Assembly (NCBI GenBank): GCA_965202585.1
Contig: OZ241826.1
Span: 94,054,001 to 94,118,000, forward strand
Reading direction: 5' to 3'
DNA length: 64,000 bases
Source of the DNA: Thalia democratica
Taxonomy: Eukaryota
Made by a program: the position numbers and the translations under genes. This document shows, one piece after another, positions 38,631 to 51,136 of this stretch. How positions within the stretch are numbered: position 1 is the first letter of the stretch; the number at the start of each line of letters is the position of its first letter. The notes below the pieces were generated by a model. It ran no database searches and was not told the origin of the DNA. It saw only the letters and a program-made list of their open reading frames with translations.

Positions 38631-38725
38631 CCTGGTGTACGACTCGATAACCAAAAGGTTTTTTCGTACACCAGGTCCTTGGACCAAATATTTGAGCGCT
38701 TTTTTTTTCGTTCAATAAACAATAT
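38631..38725 (+). repeat. Second copy of the ~90-bp hairpin repeat
   Basis: Perfect 12-bp stem CCTGGTGTACGA (38631-38642) / TCGTACACCAGG (38664-38675) enclosing AACC-AAAA-GGTT, overlapped by a small GGTCC-TT-GGACC palindrome. Confidence 0.8.
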
Positions 38726-39899
38726 TAAATATTTTACGTTAATGGGTACTCAAAAAACAATGCTTTTATATAAATGATCACTTTATCTTTAAGTATTCAA
38801 AAGTAGTTTTCTAAAAATGATGGTAGAAAAATATCACCCCAAATAATATATCAATCTCATTGATTTTTTTAATTATAAAATTTTAATGATATTATTTTTA
38901 CCAATCTTGTAAAAAAATACTATACCATTGTAAGCGAATTTGTTTTATTTTACTTTTAACACAATTCCTATTTTTATGTAGTTCTTTGTATTATTCATAG
39001 CTTATCCATTTCAGTTTTGGAATTAAAAACGTTTATTTTTCGCAAGCATGAATGTGAAAGTTTAAAACATTTAACTAAAAAACTGACTACAGAAAATATA
39101 CTTTTCTCGATGACATAGCTTATCTACACTAAAAGTTAAATTAAAATTAAAGAGAATAAATTACGATTAAAATAACTGATGCTTTAAAACAACTTATGTT
39201 TTTAAATAACTAAAACATCTCTGACAAGCTAATTAATTTGTAAAAAAAGACATTTGTTATAAACACTAAAGTTGGCGCTCAAAATTTAAATGAAAAAAAA
39301 TCGAGCTAATTCAATTAATAAGTCATAAAACAAAATTTATTTTTTACTAATAATTTTTCTTGGGCTAGTTTCATTTATTAAGTGAAAGTTTACAAGTAAC
39401 ATCTTACAAATGTTGTAAGTTATTATTTATGCTATCCTAGACTATTTTGTTTTGGAGTTTTTTGTCTCAAGTTTGTAGTAATGTCATAAGCTGAAGTCCG
39501 TCGAAAATGACCCAAAGACTCTTATTAAACGTTTTTTGGTTCAAACAAAAAACTTTTACTTTCATCTCTTTTTAGTCTACTTTGCAAGTATGGTTTAAAT
39601 ATGTTTTTAGTTAAAAAATAATAATTGATGCATGAAAAAAGGTTGAGATTAAACCCTTCTCAACTCATTCTATTTTTTTGAAAAAAGTTTGAGTATCAGT
39701 AACAACATATAGCACTGAAAACACAAGTCTCCATACTCAAAGTTCTACTTAAACTGATAATGTTTTTTATACGCGTGCTGACAAAATTCGCCATATGTAC
39801 TTGTCTTACTAATAAATGTGATCTTAAGTACATTTTTTCATGAAAATCTCATGATCAATATCTAACTTTATAATGATTGATAAGTAACTAATCCAACAT

Positions 39900-42800
39900 T
39901 AAAAATTTTATTGCATTTTGACTTTTTCCTTGACCAGTTGTGGTCTGTAACTTTTATTAATTATTATTATGGGTAATTTGTTTATTATATAACTTTATCT
40001 GCTTTTTTTTTGCTTAATTAATTAGTGTCTCTACCTAACTGGTGAGTATGCAACTTTGTCTCTTTCTGCAGTAACCGGTGAGTATGTTACAGTTACTTTC
40101 TTCAGTAATTAGAATTCCTTCAAATTTTCCTAATATCTTTTTCTTTTCTGAAACGTTTCATAACCGTCAAAAGTTGTTTATACTAGTTGATTTACTAACG
40201 CGAAAAAGAATCATTAAGTTGACTAACACTTGCTAAAACTGAATATGGTTGACATCTCCACAAATGAGCTCTCTAAATATGTCACTTATTACAAAATATA
40301 CTGACAATTTACATCTTTGAAAGTTTGACACATCATTCCTAGTTGTGTTGCTCTCGATTTGTTCAGTTTCAAAAAGCTGTTTATTTTTGTGAGCAAGCTA
40401 CGTATTTAGTAATAAGTTCATGTTAAATGTTCTTCTATTTAATAATTTTATAAAATATCCTCATTCCAAAACGACTTGACGGACTTTGCTTGATTTATTT
40501 ATAGAGAAGACAATCCCATCTTCTTCAACTGTTGGATTGTCTTTGTCAAGAGTTTCTTCTGGATCAATGCTATCATCAAACACTTTATGATTTCTAATAA
40601 AGATAATTTAGAGTCTAAAAGGTTTGACTATCTTAAGAAAAGTATAACTCAAAAAATATATCTTCTTCGTGCTGCATCTATAAAGCTTCCTTACTCCTAA
40701 ACTTTGCTTCTTTTTGTGAAATCATTTCTATGTTCTTATTCTCAATCAGAACGACATACCTGGTGATTGTTAAGATAGGAAAAAAGGGCTTCTACAGCTT
40801 GGTTGTTTTGGAACCTTTCTTCGTTTGGCAAAAATTTCATCAAAAGCTCTCATTGGAGCCCACTGTCGGAAGAATACGTGATGAATTAGGGTAAATAATG
40901 TTTCTCTGTCTGCAGTAACCGGTGAGTGTGCTCGACTTTTTTATTCTTCACTAACTAGTGAACTGAATATGCACAAGAGTGTCTTTCTGTAGTAATTGAT
41001 AAGTGTATTTGAGTCACTTTTTCTGCAGTATTAAGATCTTACCTTTGATGAGCTTTTTTTAGGTTAATTAGTTGAATGAAAAACCTTTTTATGTGCATAG
41101 TTTATTGGTTAACCATTATTAAGCAAAAATTGCACACACATGTTTTTCTGTTCGGTAGTAGTTCCATCAAAAAGTTTAGCATAAGTGTCCATTCTTAAAC
41201 ATAAAGAACTGTTTTTATGGTCTTTTATTGTTATAAAAGCGTCTGTTGATGTGAAATAAAATGTTCATATTTAAGTTTTACTTCATATTACTTTTATTTA
41301 CGACATTCCTACACACCTGAAAGATTCTAATTCTTGTGCTTTATAATCGCAAAGACAAATCATAAAGATAATTTGAACTACTGATGTCATTGCACTAATT
41401 AGTGTGAGCATATCATTTAAATTAACCTATATGTTTTTTGTTTGGTTTTGATATTGTAAGTGCACTGAAATTATAATGGGAAAATTATCAGTTGAATTTT
41501 CAAAGTGTTAAAAGACTACAAATTAAGCTTACTATCATCTTGATATATCTATAAAACTTATTTTTGAATAAGTTATAATAAATTACCTATCTTAAAATAT
41601 AGTAATCTAATGATTCTGTATTCATCATATAACTAATGAATGCATAAATACATAGCTGAAGTCTGTTTCAACTTTGAACGGCAGAAGCTTGAAAAATTTT
41701 TGAACAGTGTACAGCCGTTTTCTCAAAAATCTGGCACAACAAAAATAACTCTTATTTTAAAAATCATTTTGCCCATAACGTGTTTGTAAAATTGTATCGT
41801 GTCCTTATCTTCTTTAGATCCTTTTATGTGGCTTGCCAGAGCCTTCATTATGTTGGCTGTGCAAACAGGTACTATAACTTTATATATTTTGTACTCACCT
41901 TTGTAACATCTAAACATATAAAAAAAATAGCTTTACATTAATTACTTATCTTAATATATAGTCGTCTAATGAATCTGTATTTATCACATTCAACAACGAA
42001 TGCCTAAAAACGTAGCTGAAGCCAGTTACAACTTTTAACGGCAGAAGTTTGCAAAATATTTGAAGGGTGTACAACTACTTTTTTTAATTAATCGTGTGTA
42101 ACCTTTGACACTTTTCCATTATGAAATTTAAAATTTTCCGAAAGTTGATATACTTGTTGCCTGTTTTACACAAAGATACCTTCATCTAGACGTCAGAGAA
42201 TCTAGACTACAAGATTATGATGCCTCTTCTTTTCAGCAGCTGGATTGCCTCCATATTTATCTGAAGGTGGTTTATCATTTGAGATATCAGCCACGTGACA
42301 GCTTGGAATATCTGTTATGTTAAGTTCAAAGTAATTAGATATTATAAAGTTTAACTCTGGTTTCAGCAATACTTCTGATATCTTAGTCAAAATACAATAA
42401 TCCGTTCCAAATTTTAAACTGTTTGAATATTTATATTTTACTTAAACCTTATAAATGATTGAACTATAATGCAGTAAGTTATATCAGCAAAGCTTTTTAG
42501 CTGCGATCTATTTAAAGAAATAACTTTTTATATAAAAGTAAAATAAAGTCAGTTTCTTTATTGATATTTATTTAAGGTAAAGTTCTACTAGACATCTTTG
42601 AGTTGTTGTAAATTTATGTCAGACGTTTTAAACAACTGACTTTAATAGCTGGTCCTTTCACTGCATCACCAAACAGTATTCGATTTTAGCTAGGACGAAA
42701 ACAACCTGTTTCAGTCCTTTAACATGAGTTTCGAAAGCAACTAATTTTCAGATATTTCGCTAAAATTTAAATGGAAAAATCTGTCACAATTATCAAAAGA

Positions 42801-45800
42801 AATAGAATAAGTTTTTGAAGGTTCAAGTCTTTTTGACAAACACTGCATACAAAATCAATTAATAATAAACTATCTAACTCTAAATTATACGCACTCATCT
42901 AAATATATTTTATCTAAAGACATGCAAATTAAATAGAAGCTATTTCTCTAGATCTTTTAAACAGCGAACTAAGAAAGCCTAGCTAGTTTCCTTTTCCCTC
43001 ATCAGAACAACCCCACCAGACGACCAAGAGAACTTCCAGACATTTGCTATTCGAAACCTTCTTAAACTATTGATTTGCAATTATCATTATTGATGTTTTA
43101 GATAAAGTTCTGCCAGACATCTTCGAGTATTAACTGTTATAAATTTATGTCAAGCGTTTTTAATAGCTGACTTCAATAATTGGTTCTTTCACTGCATCAT
43201 TAAATAGTATTTGCTTTTATCTAGGACGAAAAAAAGACCTATTTATGATTGTATGTTTTTATTCTGATCTTATAATTTATATTTTTTTTTTTAAATGGCT
43301 GACCCGCCTTAGTAACTGAATAAACTCGCTATGGGTCAAATCTAGTTTTACTTATATTACTTACCAGTAACATTCACATGTTTTTGTTCTTGTGCAGTTC
43401 AAAGTCAATTTTAAACAGTAATTTTAAAGTAACTCATTTGCATGCTTTGTTATAGTTTTCTTGGAATTCGATTAATGCATTATGAGTTTGTAACAAAAGC
43501 ATTACAAAAGAAAAATGTCTTGAAATAATATTCCAAGTTGTTTAAAATAATTTTGCTAAAAATTTATTTCAATATTTAGACTGTAACTAGTGTCATTTCC
43601 GTCTTATCGGCCAAAATATCTTCCAAACGACTAAGATTTTTTTTAATATACAACGAAATTTAAAAGTAGCTGATACTAATGATGGTATATTTTGCTGCTA
43701 CACCGAATAAAATTTCATCGTTTTCAAACATTTTTTTAACAAGACTTAAGTTTATTGTTATGTGGCATGAAAACATAGTAAAATGATTCCCACAAGCTAC
43801 AGTTCATAAATTATAGTTTTGTGGTTTAACATTTTTTCAAATTTTGATTTATAATCAATGAGCTTTCACATCTCTGACTCTTATTTGCATCAATGCATGT
43901 TAGAAATTCTACGCAATTGTCTTTCAGCTTGCCCTTTTCTGTCCAGATTTTGAAATTTTCATCCGTGATTAAAGCCGTTTTGAATCTATTTTCTTATAAG
44001 TCATCATACTTAAGCTTGTACTTCAAAAAGAACTGACAAAAGATTTTTATTAGCTTTTAACCACATTTCTTAGTTTTACTAATCTTTTAAATTCTTTTTA
44101 ATATCAACTTGTACTGTTTGCCCCTAACAAATATAGAACTTTCTTTTTATATCAGTTTTAAATACAAACATTTTCTTTCTGCCTCTTATAAACTTACTGA
44201 CTAGAGTTTTATATTTGTTACATAAATTTATAATTCTAAAAAAATTTTTTAACTTTCGTGCTAGACGTCGGTCATATGCATTGAAAAAAAGCCCTGAAGA
44301 AATTTTGAATGACTTATAATTGATATACACAAAGTTTCGACAAACGATCACATTAAAAACTGTTTAAAATAACATGTGGATCTATGTTGGGCGTCTTCAA
44401 ACTTCTTGGTTATTTCTTATATCTTACCAGGAAATGTTATCTTGAGATGTCAGATGGTGTAAGATCAGCATGATATACAAGCGGAATAGTTTTGGCTCAA
44501 ACTTTCAAAATGATTTTTTGTTACTTTCAAGTTTGGAACAACGTACTCGGTTTTTCCTAGTTGGACTTGACAGAAAAAGTTTACAAAAACATGTTTTGAA
44601 ACAGTGGTCTTTACACTATGATTGTACATAACCATATTTTAATGATCCCTTATTAAACATAAACAGAAGTACTTTTAGTCGACTTTCTTCAGTATTTATT
44701 GCCATTTTAGTGGCATTTTTTAGAAGTTTTACTTTTGGCCGTTTTGCTTGTACCTGTTAATGATGTTTTGATATTGATCTTAGTACACAGCACTCTATAT
44801 TTTGCTTTCTATTTCCTTGACTTAGTTAAGTGTTTAACTAGCAACACAGAGAAATGTTTTGCCTTCACTAACTACTTCAAATTAATTAGCCATTAGTTCT
44901 TTGTGTTTTAATAAAAATCAAATTTTAGCATCTTTAGATTGATTTTTTATTACTTTGGTATTTGGAACGAAGTACTTATTGTTTTTTATTTTGATCTTTC
45001 TCATCTATGACTTCTTCGACTTGCCTCAAATCTATGACTTCTTCGACTTGCCTCTAATCTATAACTTCTTTGAGTTGCCTCTCATCTATGACTTCTTTGA
45101 CTTGCTTCTCACCTATGACATTTTACAGGTAGTTAAGAGCTGGTTTTACTAGAATTATTCTCACCTGTACAATGCACAGTTAAATGTGATTGCAGCAATT
45201 GGAAAGCTGAAGTTTTCAAGCTGCTCCTTTTCAACCTCAAGGCTCATTTGGTTTCTTATTTAACAGAAACATTGTCCAGTAAATGGTTTTATTGCAACTA
45301 CAAATATTTAATTTTTATATATTCTTTTTCTTTTAGCATTTTTTTTATCTATTCATTTTTTAAAACAGAACTAAGTTTGAAACTCGTTTGATAGACGATA
45401 TTCAGTTTCGATTGTATTTTTTAAGACAATTAGTTTGAAATTTTGTCAGTTACTAATGACTGGTTAAAACATCTGTTAAGCATAAATTTTGTGATCGAAA
45501 TTAAAGGCATTTATATAAAATATTTTTAATTTTAAGTCATCTAATATATTTTTTTAAAAGTTTAGCTAGCTTTAAAATATCACATTCCTAACTTGATCTT
45601 TCAGTGACTCAAGATAAGCCTTATCTATCAAATACTTGAACACAAGCCTGCTCAAGTATAAAGTCTCATTGAATCAGTTGTTAAGGATTGCAGGTAGCTC
45701 GACCTAAGTCTCTTTTAGTAAGGTTGGCCAGGTTTTCATTACAGTATTTATGTAGATTCATATCATAACTATCAAATTTATTTCAACAAGTACGAGTGGA

Positions 45801-46110
45801 TCTTCTGCTGTTGTTGGTGGTGCATAATAAGAAAGTTGCTAAGTGAGTGTCGGTGCAGTTACAAACCTCCTACTTACAGAGAAAAACGCCTTTGCTCAAC
45901 TTATATATATTTTTTGCTGTTATCAAGGTGATGTTTCTGCAATTTATAAGTACATTTTCATGTTTCAGACATCTCACAAGCTTATAAACTCTGAACCAGC
46001 GCAGTAACTTTCTGAAGAAGCTTTCTTCTGCTGTTACTTTGGTTGTGCACATTACATAAAGCATGTCGGCATGTTTTGTCATTGCATTTGGTAGCTTTCT
46101 CAAAACAGTT
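39900..46110 (-). pseudogene. Long decayed coding-like tract (fossil gene or large element) with internal repeats
   Basis: Successive minus-strand frames with sparse stops, e.g. CNDKTCRHALCNVHNQ (~46060), TALITDENFKIWTEKGKLKDNCVEFLTC (~43950), VFDDSIDPEETLDKDNPTVEEDG (~40550). Internal direct repeats at ~41560-41720/41920-42090 and ~42500-42720/43070-43240, plus 36-bp units at ~40035-40100 and ~40905-41030. Family not recognised; boundaries approximate. Confidence 0.4.
45001..45120. repeat. 27-bp tandem repeat, about 4.5 units
   Basis: Unit TCATCTATGACTTCTTCGACTTGCCTC. The minus frame gives a 9-aa repeat DERQVEEVI, with one copy carrying TAG. Confidence 0.9.
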
Positions 46111-49100
46111 CTTTTTTTACCACCAATGTAAATTACTTATATTCAGACAAAGGTGGAGTTTTTGCAGTTTAATATTTTTCTAACACTTTTTATTGGATTA
46201 AGTATTAATTTAAAGAAGCACCTAAAGCTTATTTCTTACTTTTTAAATAGCTTATATACATTTCTGTCTTTGTAAACATATTTATTATCTACTTCTAGTC
46301 TATAAAAACTTTATCAATTACTGTCAAAAACTTATTTAGAATATTTTCAAAGACTTTTTCGACAAATAATTTTATAAAACTTTTCGTAAGTTTACTATTT
46401 TATGTAAAACATATAATTTACTGAAACAAAACAAAGTTCTAAATAACCCTTTTTTGTAGTTAACTTATACTTTGATAAATAATAAACTTTCTAAATAATC
46501 ATAGTAATAAATTAAATTTATTAAAAGACAACTTATTTTTTTAGCTTGTATGACAAAATTCTCAATTTGTAAAAAGTAAAATAATTTCTCTTGCTGAAAT
46601 TTTTTATTAAATTAATTGTTTTGAGGATGTAATTAGATACATGAAACAAGTAACAAAAATGTGAACACTTCTTAAGTATGAAAAAAAAGATGGGTCAATA
46701 CTACCATATTACCATACGTAATTCTTTTTTCTCTCATAGTTGACTCGTTCGTAGATGAAAAACTACAGAGAGAAATTTATCAAAAGCATTATTATAAGTA
46801 AAGAAATATATGATAAAGTTACTCAACTGTAAGATAGTGGTTGTATTAAATGTCGAATATTTTACTAAATGATAATTTTTATTTTTGCAAACGTTTAGAA
46901 ATAATTTAAAAGCATATCGTGTTACTTTATTATGTTACTAAGAGACTATATTTAAACTTAATAACTATAAATATTAAAAGTGTACGTTTCTCAAGGAAAA
47001 AAAAAGTTTTAGATAATTAAAGTATTATAGTTTTTCTAAATTTGTTTTAAATTAAAATCTTATAGCTAATTACAATACTTTTTTCGCTTTAAAAATATAT
47101 TTATTATTCTATTCTGAAGTTCGATTACTGACTTAAGTATACTATAAAAAAACTTAATTGTTTTATGAAAGTAGCAAGTTAAATGATACTCGTTTCAAGT
47201 TAATTATTACTTTACATGTTTAACTATGTAAAAAACATGTTTAAATTTGTTAAAAAAACGTTATTTACCTATTATTTCTTTGCCTTTAAGTAAACATTAC
47301 AGAGCTTATATAGCATTTAACCTGCAACTACAGAAAAAACAATTGTGCGAAACTTTTTACATATAAAATTAAAAAACTTTGTTGTTAACTAACTCTTACA
47401 ATTAGTGCTTGAAATAAAGTTTAGTAACTTATTATCTTTTTTATTGAAACGATTATAATACATTCTAGAAATAGTTTCATACTAAAGTTAAAGCAGTTAA
47501 CTTATCTTAACGTAATTGTTGGCTTTTATATACTTTTTGTATAATAAGATAAAATTAGATAACTAACTTACAGAAAACTTACTACTAAGTTACTGCAATA
47601 CTCAGTTTAAAACTCTTAAGTATACAATTAATTATTATTTTTTCTGAATCTAATCAAACTGTAAAAAACTTTAATTCTAACAAAATTTGTTTTTAATTCT
47701 GTCCATTAATTTTTGATGTCAAATTAAAGTACTTAACTTTTGCTAGTATCTACGATATTATAATACACACGTTATTTTAATCTATGAAACTTAAACATTT
47801 ATTCTCAGTTTATCTTTATAAAAAACTTATACTCCATGTTTAAAATATTTTTAAATAAAAACGCTAATAACTGTTATCTAAAACATCTAATTAATTTTAA
47901 GATTCATTGTAAAACTCAAAAGATACAGCATCAAAATTTATTTTTAGAATTTATTTGCTTTAACTACAGTTTTCAGTCTCATTTTTTAAAATTTTTGCTT
48001 CATGTTTAACAAATTGATTTCAAATATTTTTTTCCCAGCTTGTTATGAAAAAGTACTTATGTTGTTAATTTCAGCCTGAATACTACATGCTAATAGTTGT
48101 AAACTATTACTAATAAATAAATACAATGCCAATTAAAAAATTTAAGTTATTAATTAGTCATACTAGAATTTTTAAAATTTAAATTTTATATATATTTTAA
48201 TGTAAAGTATTAATGATAACAAGTTTTTTTAACTAGGAATTTATTTTGAATATCACTAAGTTAATAAACTCTTTAAATTTTTATAGTGAGTTATACATAT
48301 AAGAAATTTAAAAACTTTAATTGAAACACTAATTTTCTATATTTATAATATACTTTATCTCTTCATCAAAATCTATCAATTTAAATGATACTAAGTTAAA
48401 CTTAAAGTGTGTAAAAAGTGAACATTATAGGTATAATATTTACTTAATCAAATAAAAATTAATATTTTTTCATTATCAATCATGATTGCAACCGGTTGAT
48501 TATAAAACACCTCAATTAATCTATTATAAGTCGAACTGTTTAATACATGATTATTCAAAATACTATACTAAATGACACACAAATAATCTTAATCTCTAAT
48601 TTTAAAGGGTCGTAACAAAAAAAAAATAAAATAGATAAACTTAGTAAAAAAACATTTTAAATAAGAAATTTCTCCTATATATTTATTTTCGGACTTTCAT
48701 ATAAACATGTCATGGTTACTTTTTAATTCTAAACTTCTGTTGTTTTGCAAGATGTTTAGTTTGCACAAATTAGCTTTTTAATTGTACTCCTTTATAAGTA
48801 ATGACAAACCATTAAAATTATTTTTTGATATGTGTATTTAAAAAAATACTTATATTAATAAAACTTGCTGCGTAATTTAAAAAATAATGGAATAAAATCT
48901 TTTATATTATAGTTTATATTGAAAGAAAAGTATTTTTATTAAATAAAAATTATAGTTTTCTCAATTTACTTCTAGTCTAAAACAAATTCACCAAATAAAA
49001 ACCAACAGTTTTAGTAGACTTTTACGTCATATATTTTATACTAGATATCGCAGTTTTACTATTTATATAGCATATATGTTAAATGAGAAAAAAAAAGCTT

Positions 49101-49217
49101 TAACTCATCTTATTGTGTGACTAACTAACCTTTTTTTTTAAGTACTAAACGTTCTAAATAACACTTTTGACAAATTACAATTATTAAAAGATAAATATGT
49201 TTCAGCTTAAATTCTAA

Positions 49218-49967
49218 ATGTTTCAGTTGAATAGAAGTGAGTTAGTGTCACTTGCTAAAATGTGTCATAAAAATAATTTTTATGAGGATGCAACTAGCTA
49301 CATGAAAGAAGTGATAAATAAGGGAATACCTCTAAACTTTGAAGAAAGAAGTATGTTATTTGAAAGTTATGGGAAGCTTACACAACCGTATATTAATTTC
49401 TTGCTTTCCCTTGATGACCCGAGTGTAGATGCAAAACTACAGATAGAATTATACCAGAAAGCAAAATCAAAAGTGAACAGATTTTGCTATGAAGCTATAC
49501 AATTGTTAGACAGTGACTGTGTAAAAATTGATACTGATGATGAATCTGCTGCTGATTACAAACGTTTTAAAGCATGTTTACATTGTGAAAAAGCTGATGT
49601 TTCAGCAGGTGCAGAAAGAAAATACGAAATTCGTGAAGCAATAAAGCTATATAAGGAAGCATATGATATTGCAACAAAGAATCTCAATCCAGCGCATCCA
49701 GTCACACTCAAGATTGCGATTAATTTTTCTTCACTTCTCTTCGATATTCACGAGCCTCATAGAGCTCTTCACATAGTTAGAGAAGCCCACATAAAAGGTT
49801 TTTCAAACCTATTTGCGTTACCTGACGAGTTGAAAAACAGTGCTAAAAAGTTTTTAGATGTACTAAAGGACATCTTGGATCAGGCTCAATTTAGTTTCGG
49901 AATTCAGTTCATGTTAAAGGCTATTTGTTTAATGGCATTAATTTTATGTTGTTACTTAATTATCTAA
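49218..49967 (+). CDS. Highly divergent 14-3-3-like protein (249 aa) with a C-terminal hydrophobic tail
   Basis: Colinear with the 14-3-3 consensus: ELVSLAK, YEDATSYMKEV, LNFEERSML..Y, YKEAYDIA..L.PAHPVTLKIAINFS, LKDIL. Single coding exon; tgtttcAG acceptor ends at 49205; AATAAA at 50040-50045. Confidence 0.92.
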   Translation: MFQLNRSELVSLAKMCHKNNFYEDATSYMKEVINKGIPLNFEERSMLFESYGKLTQPYINFLLSLDDPSVDAKLQIELYQKAKSKVNRFCYEAIQLLDSDCVKIDTDDESAADYKRFKACLHCEKADVSAGAERKYEIREAIKLYKEAYDIATKNLNPAHPVTLKIAINFSSLLFDIHEPHRALHIVREAHIKGFSNLFALPDELKNSAKKFLDVLKDILDQAQFSFGIQFMLKAICLMALILCCYLII

Positions 49968-50410
49968 TTATGAACTTGTATAATTTATTTACAAATGTTG
50001 CGTTATCAGATTATCAGTTGATGTTTAGTCGTTTGTTGAAATAAACTTGGTTATAAAGGTTCGACTACTAATATTTTTTGTAAATAATTCTTTCATTGGG
50101 CTTGTTTTTTTTTGGTAGTCTAGCTTGTAAGTCTAATTAATTTAATTAATCTATCGATAAATATAGTAACTACTAGTTTATTGTGCCAAGAAAGCCATGA
50201 GAATATCTATTGTTGTATCCTAAGTTTTACCTTTTGTAAAACTTAAAAACTCAAATTAAGTGATAGCTTAACGTTAACTTTTTAAATTACTGTTTTTATT
50301 AGCAATTTTCTTTATAATAATACTAAGAATTTTAAAATTTTCGTGATTTGGCATACAACTTACGTTTTAAAACAACAAAAGTAAAGGAAAAAGTGCTTAA
50401 AATTACTGAT

Positions 50411-50458
50411 TTGACTTAAGACTGGCTTCGTCCTTATAAGGACTCATCTATTGGTTGC
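50411..50458 (-). ncRNA. Degenerate hammerhead-ribozyme-like motif (probably inactive)
   Basis: The minus strand reads TAGATGAG-TCCT-TATA-AGGA-CGAAGC-CA-GTC, against the hammerhead core CTGATGAG-stem II-CGAAAC..GTC. Stem II is perfect, three core positions deviate and stem I pairs poorly. Confidence 0.4.
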
Positions 50459-51136
50459 AACCGAGAAATTTTCAATCTACATACGGCTTTTCATCCTTTC
50501 ATATGAAGCAACCATTTCCTGGTATTGTTCAAAGACTGGTCACAGTCTAACAAAAGCTTGTGTTCTGATGATAAAAGATTACTATCAACCCTTTTGTAAA
50601 TCTTGAGCTTGTCTCACGGCGTATGAAAGTCCAGGCTTCTGCTCAGCAGACGTTCTCGTTGTTTTTGTTGATCATATTTAATATAAGCGTATCAAATGTT
50701 TTGCCTAGTAAACGTTCTATTAAACGTTGCATGGCAAAAGACAATGCTGACGTCATTGATCAATACTATCAAATGGTTGCATAAATTTGAGCATCTTAAA
50801 CCGTTTTTTTTTAGATTGAAGACTATGTTTTTTGATTATACAATTTTAAAACATATGAAATCTGGCTATTGTAACTTACTGAACTTAACTTACTAAAGCA
50901 TCTTGGACATATTTTAGACTTTATAAATATAAAAAATATGTAGTATATTTATTAAAATGGATCATATACCAAAAATTAGTTGTTGAAGCAATTTATTTTA
51001 AATTCTACTAAACAGAGTTAACAACCTTTGTGAATAGCACCTTTATTGAGCACATATACAGATTTGAACACATTTCAAACTAAATTTAACTAAAAAATCT
51101 AGTTAAAAAATTAATTTGATGGTAATACCCAGATTA

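Noticed and set aside
42960-43010. Minus-strand CTGATGAG...GAAAC as a hammerhead
   Set aside because: The intervening GGAAAAG cannot form stem II.
44955-45152. Plus-strand ORF with (IYDFFDLPL)n as a membrane peptide
   Set aside because: It is produced by the 27-bp repeat, and surrounding coding character favours the minus strand.
49218-49967. Assigning a YWHA/14-3-3 isoform symbol
   Set aside because: The sequence is too divergent and lacks the defining residues; orthology cannot be judged by eye.
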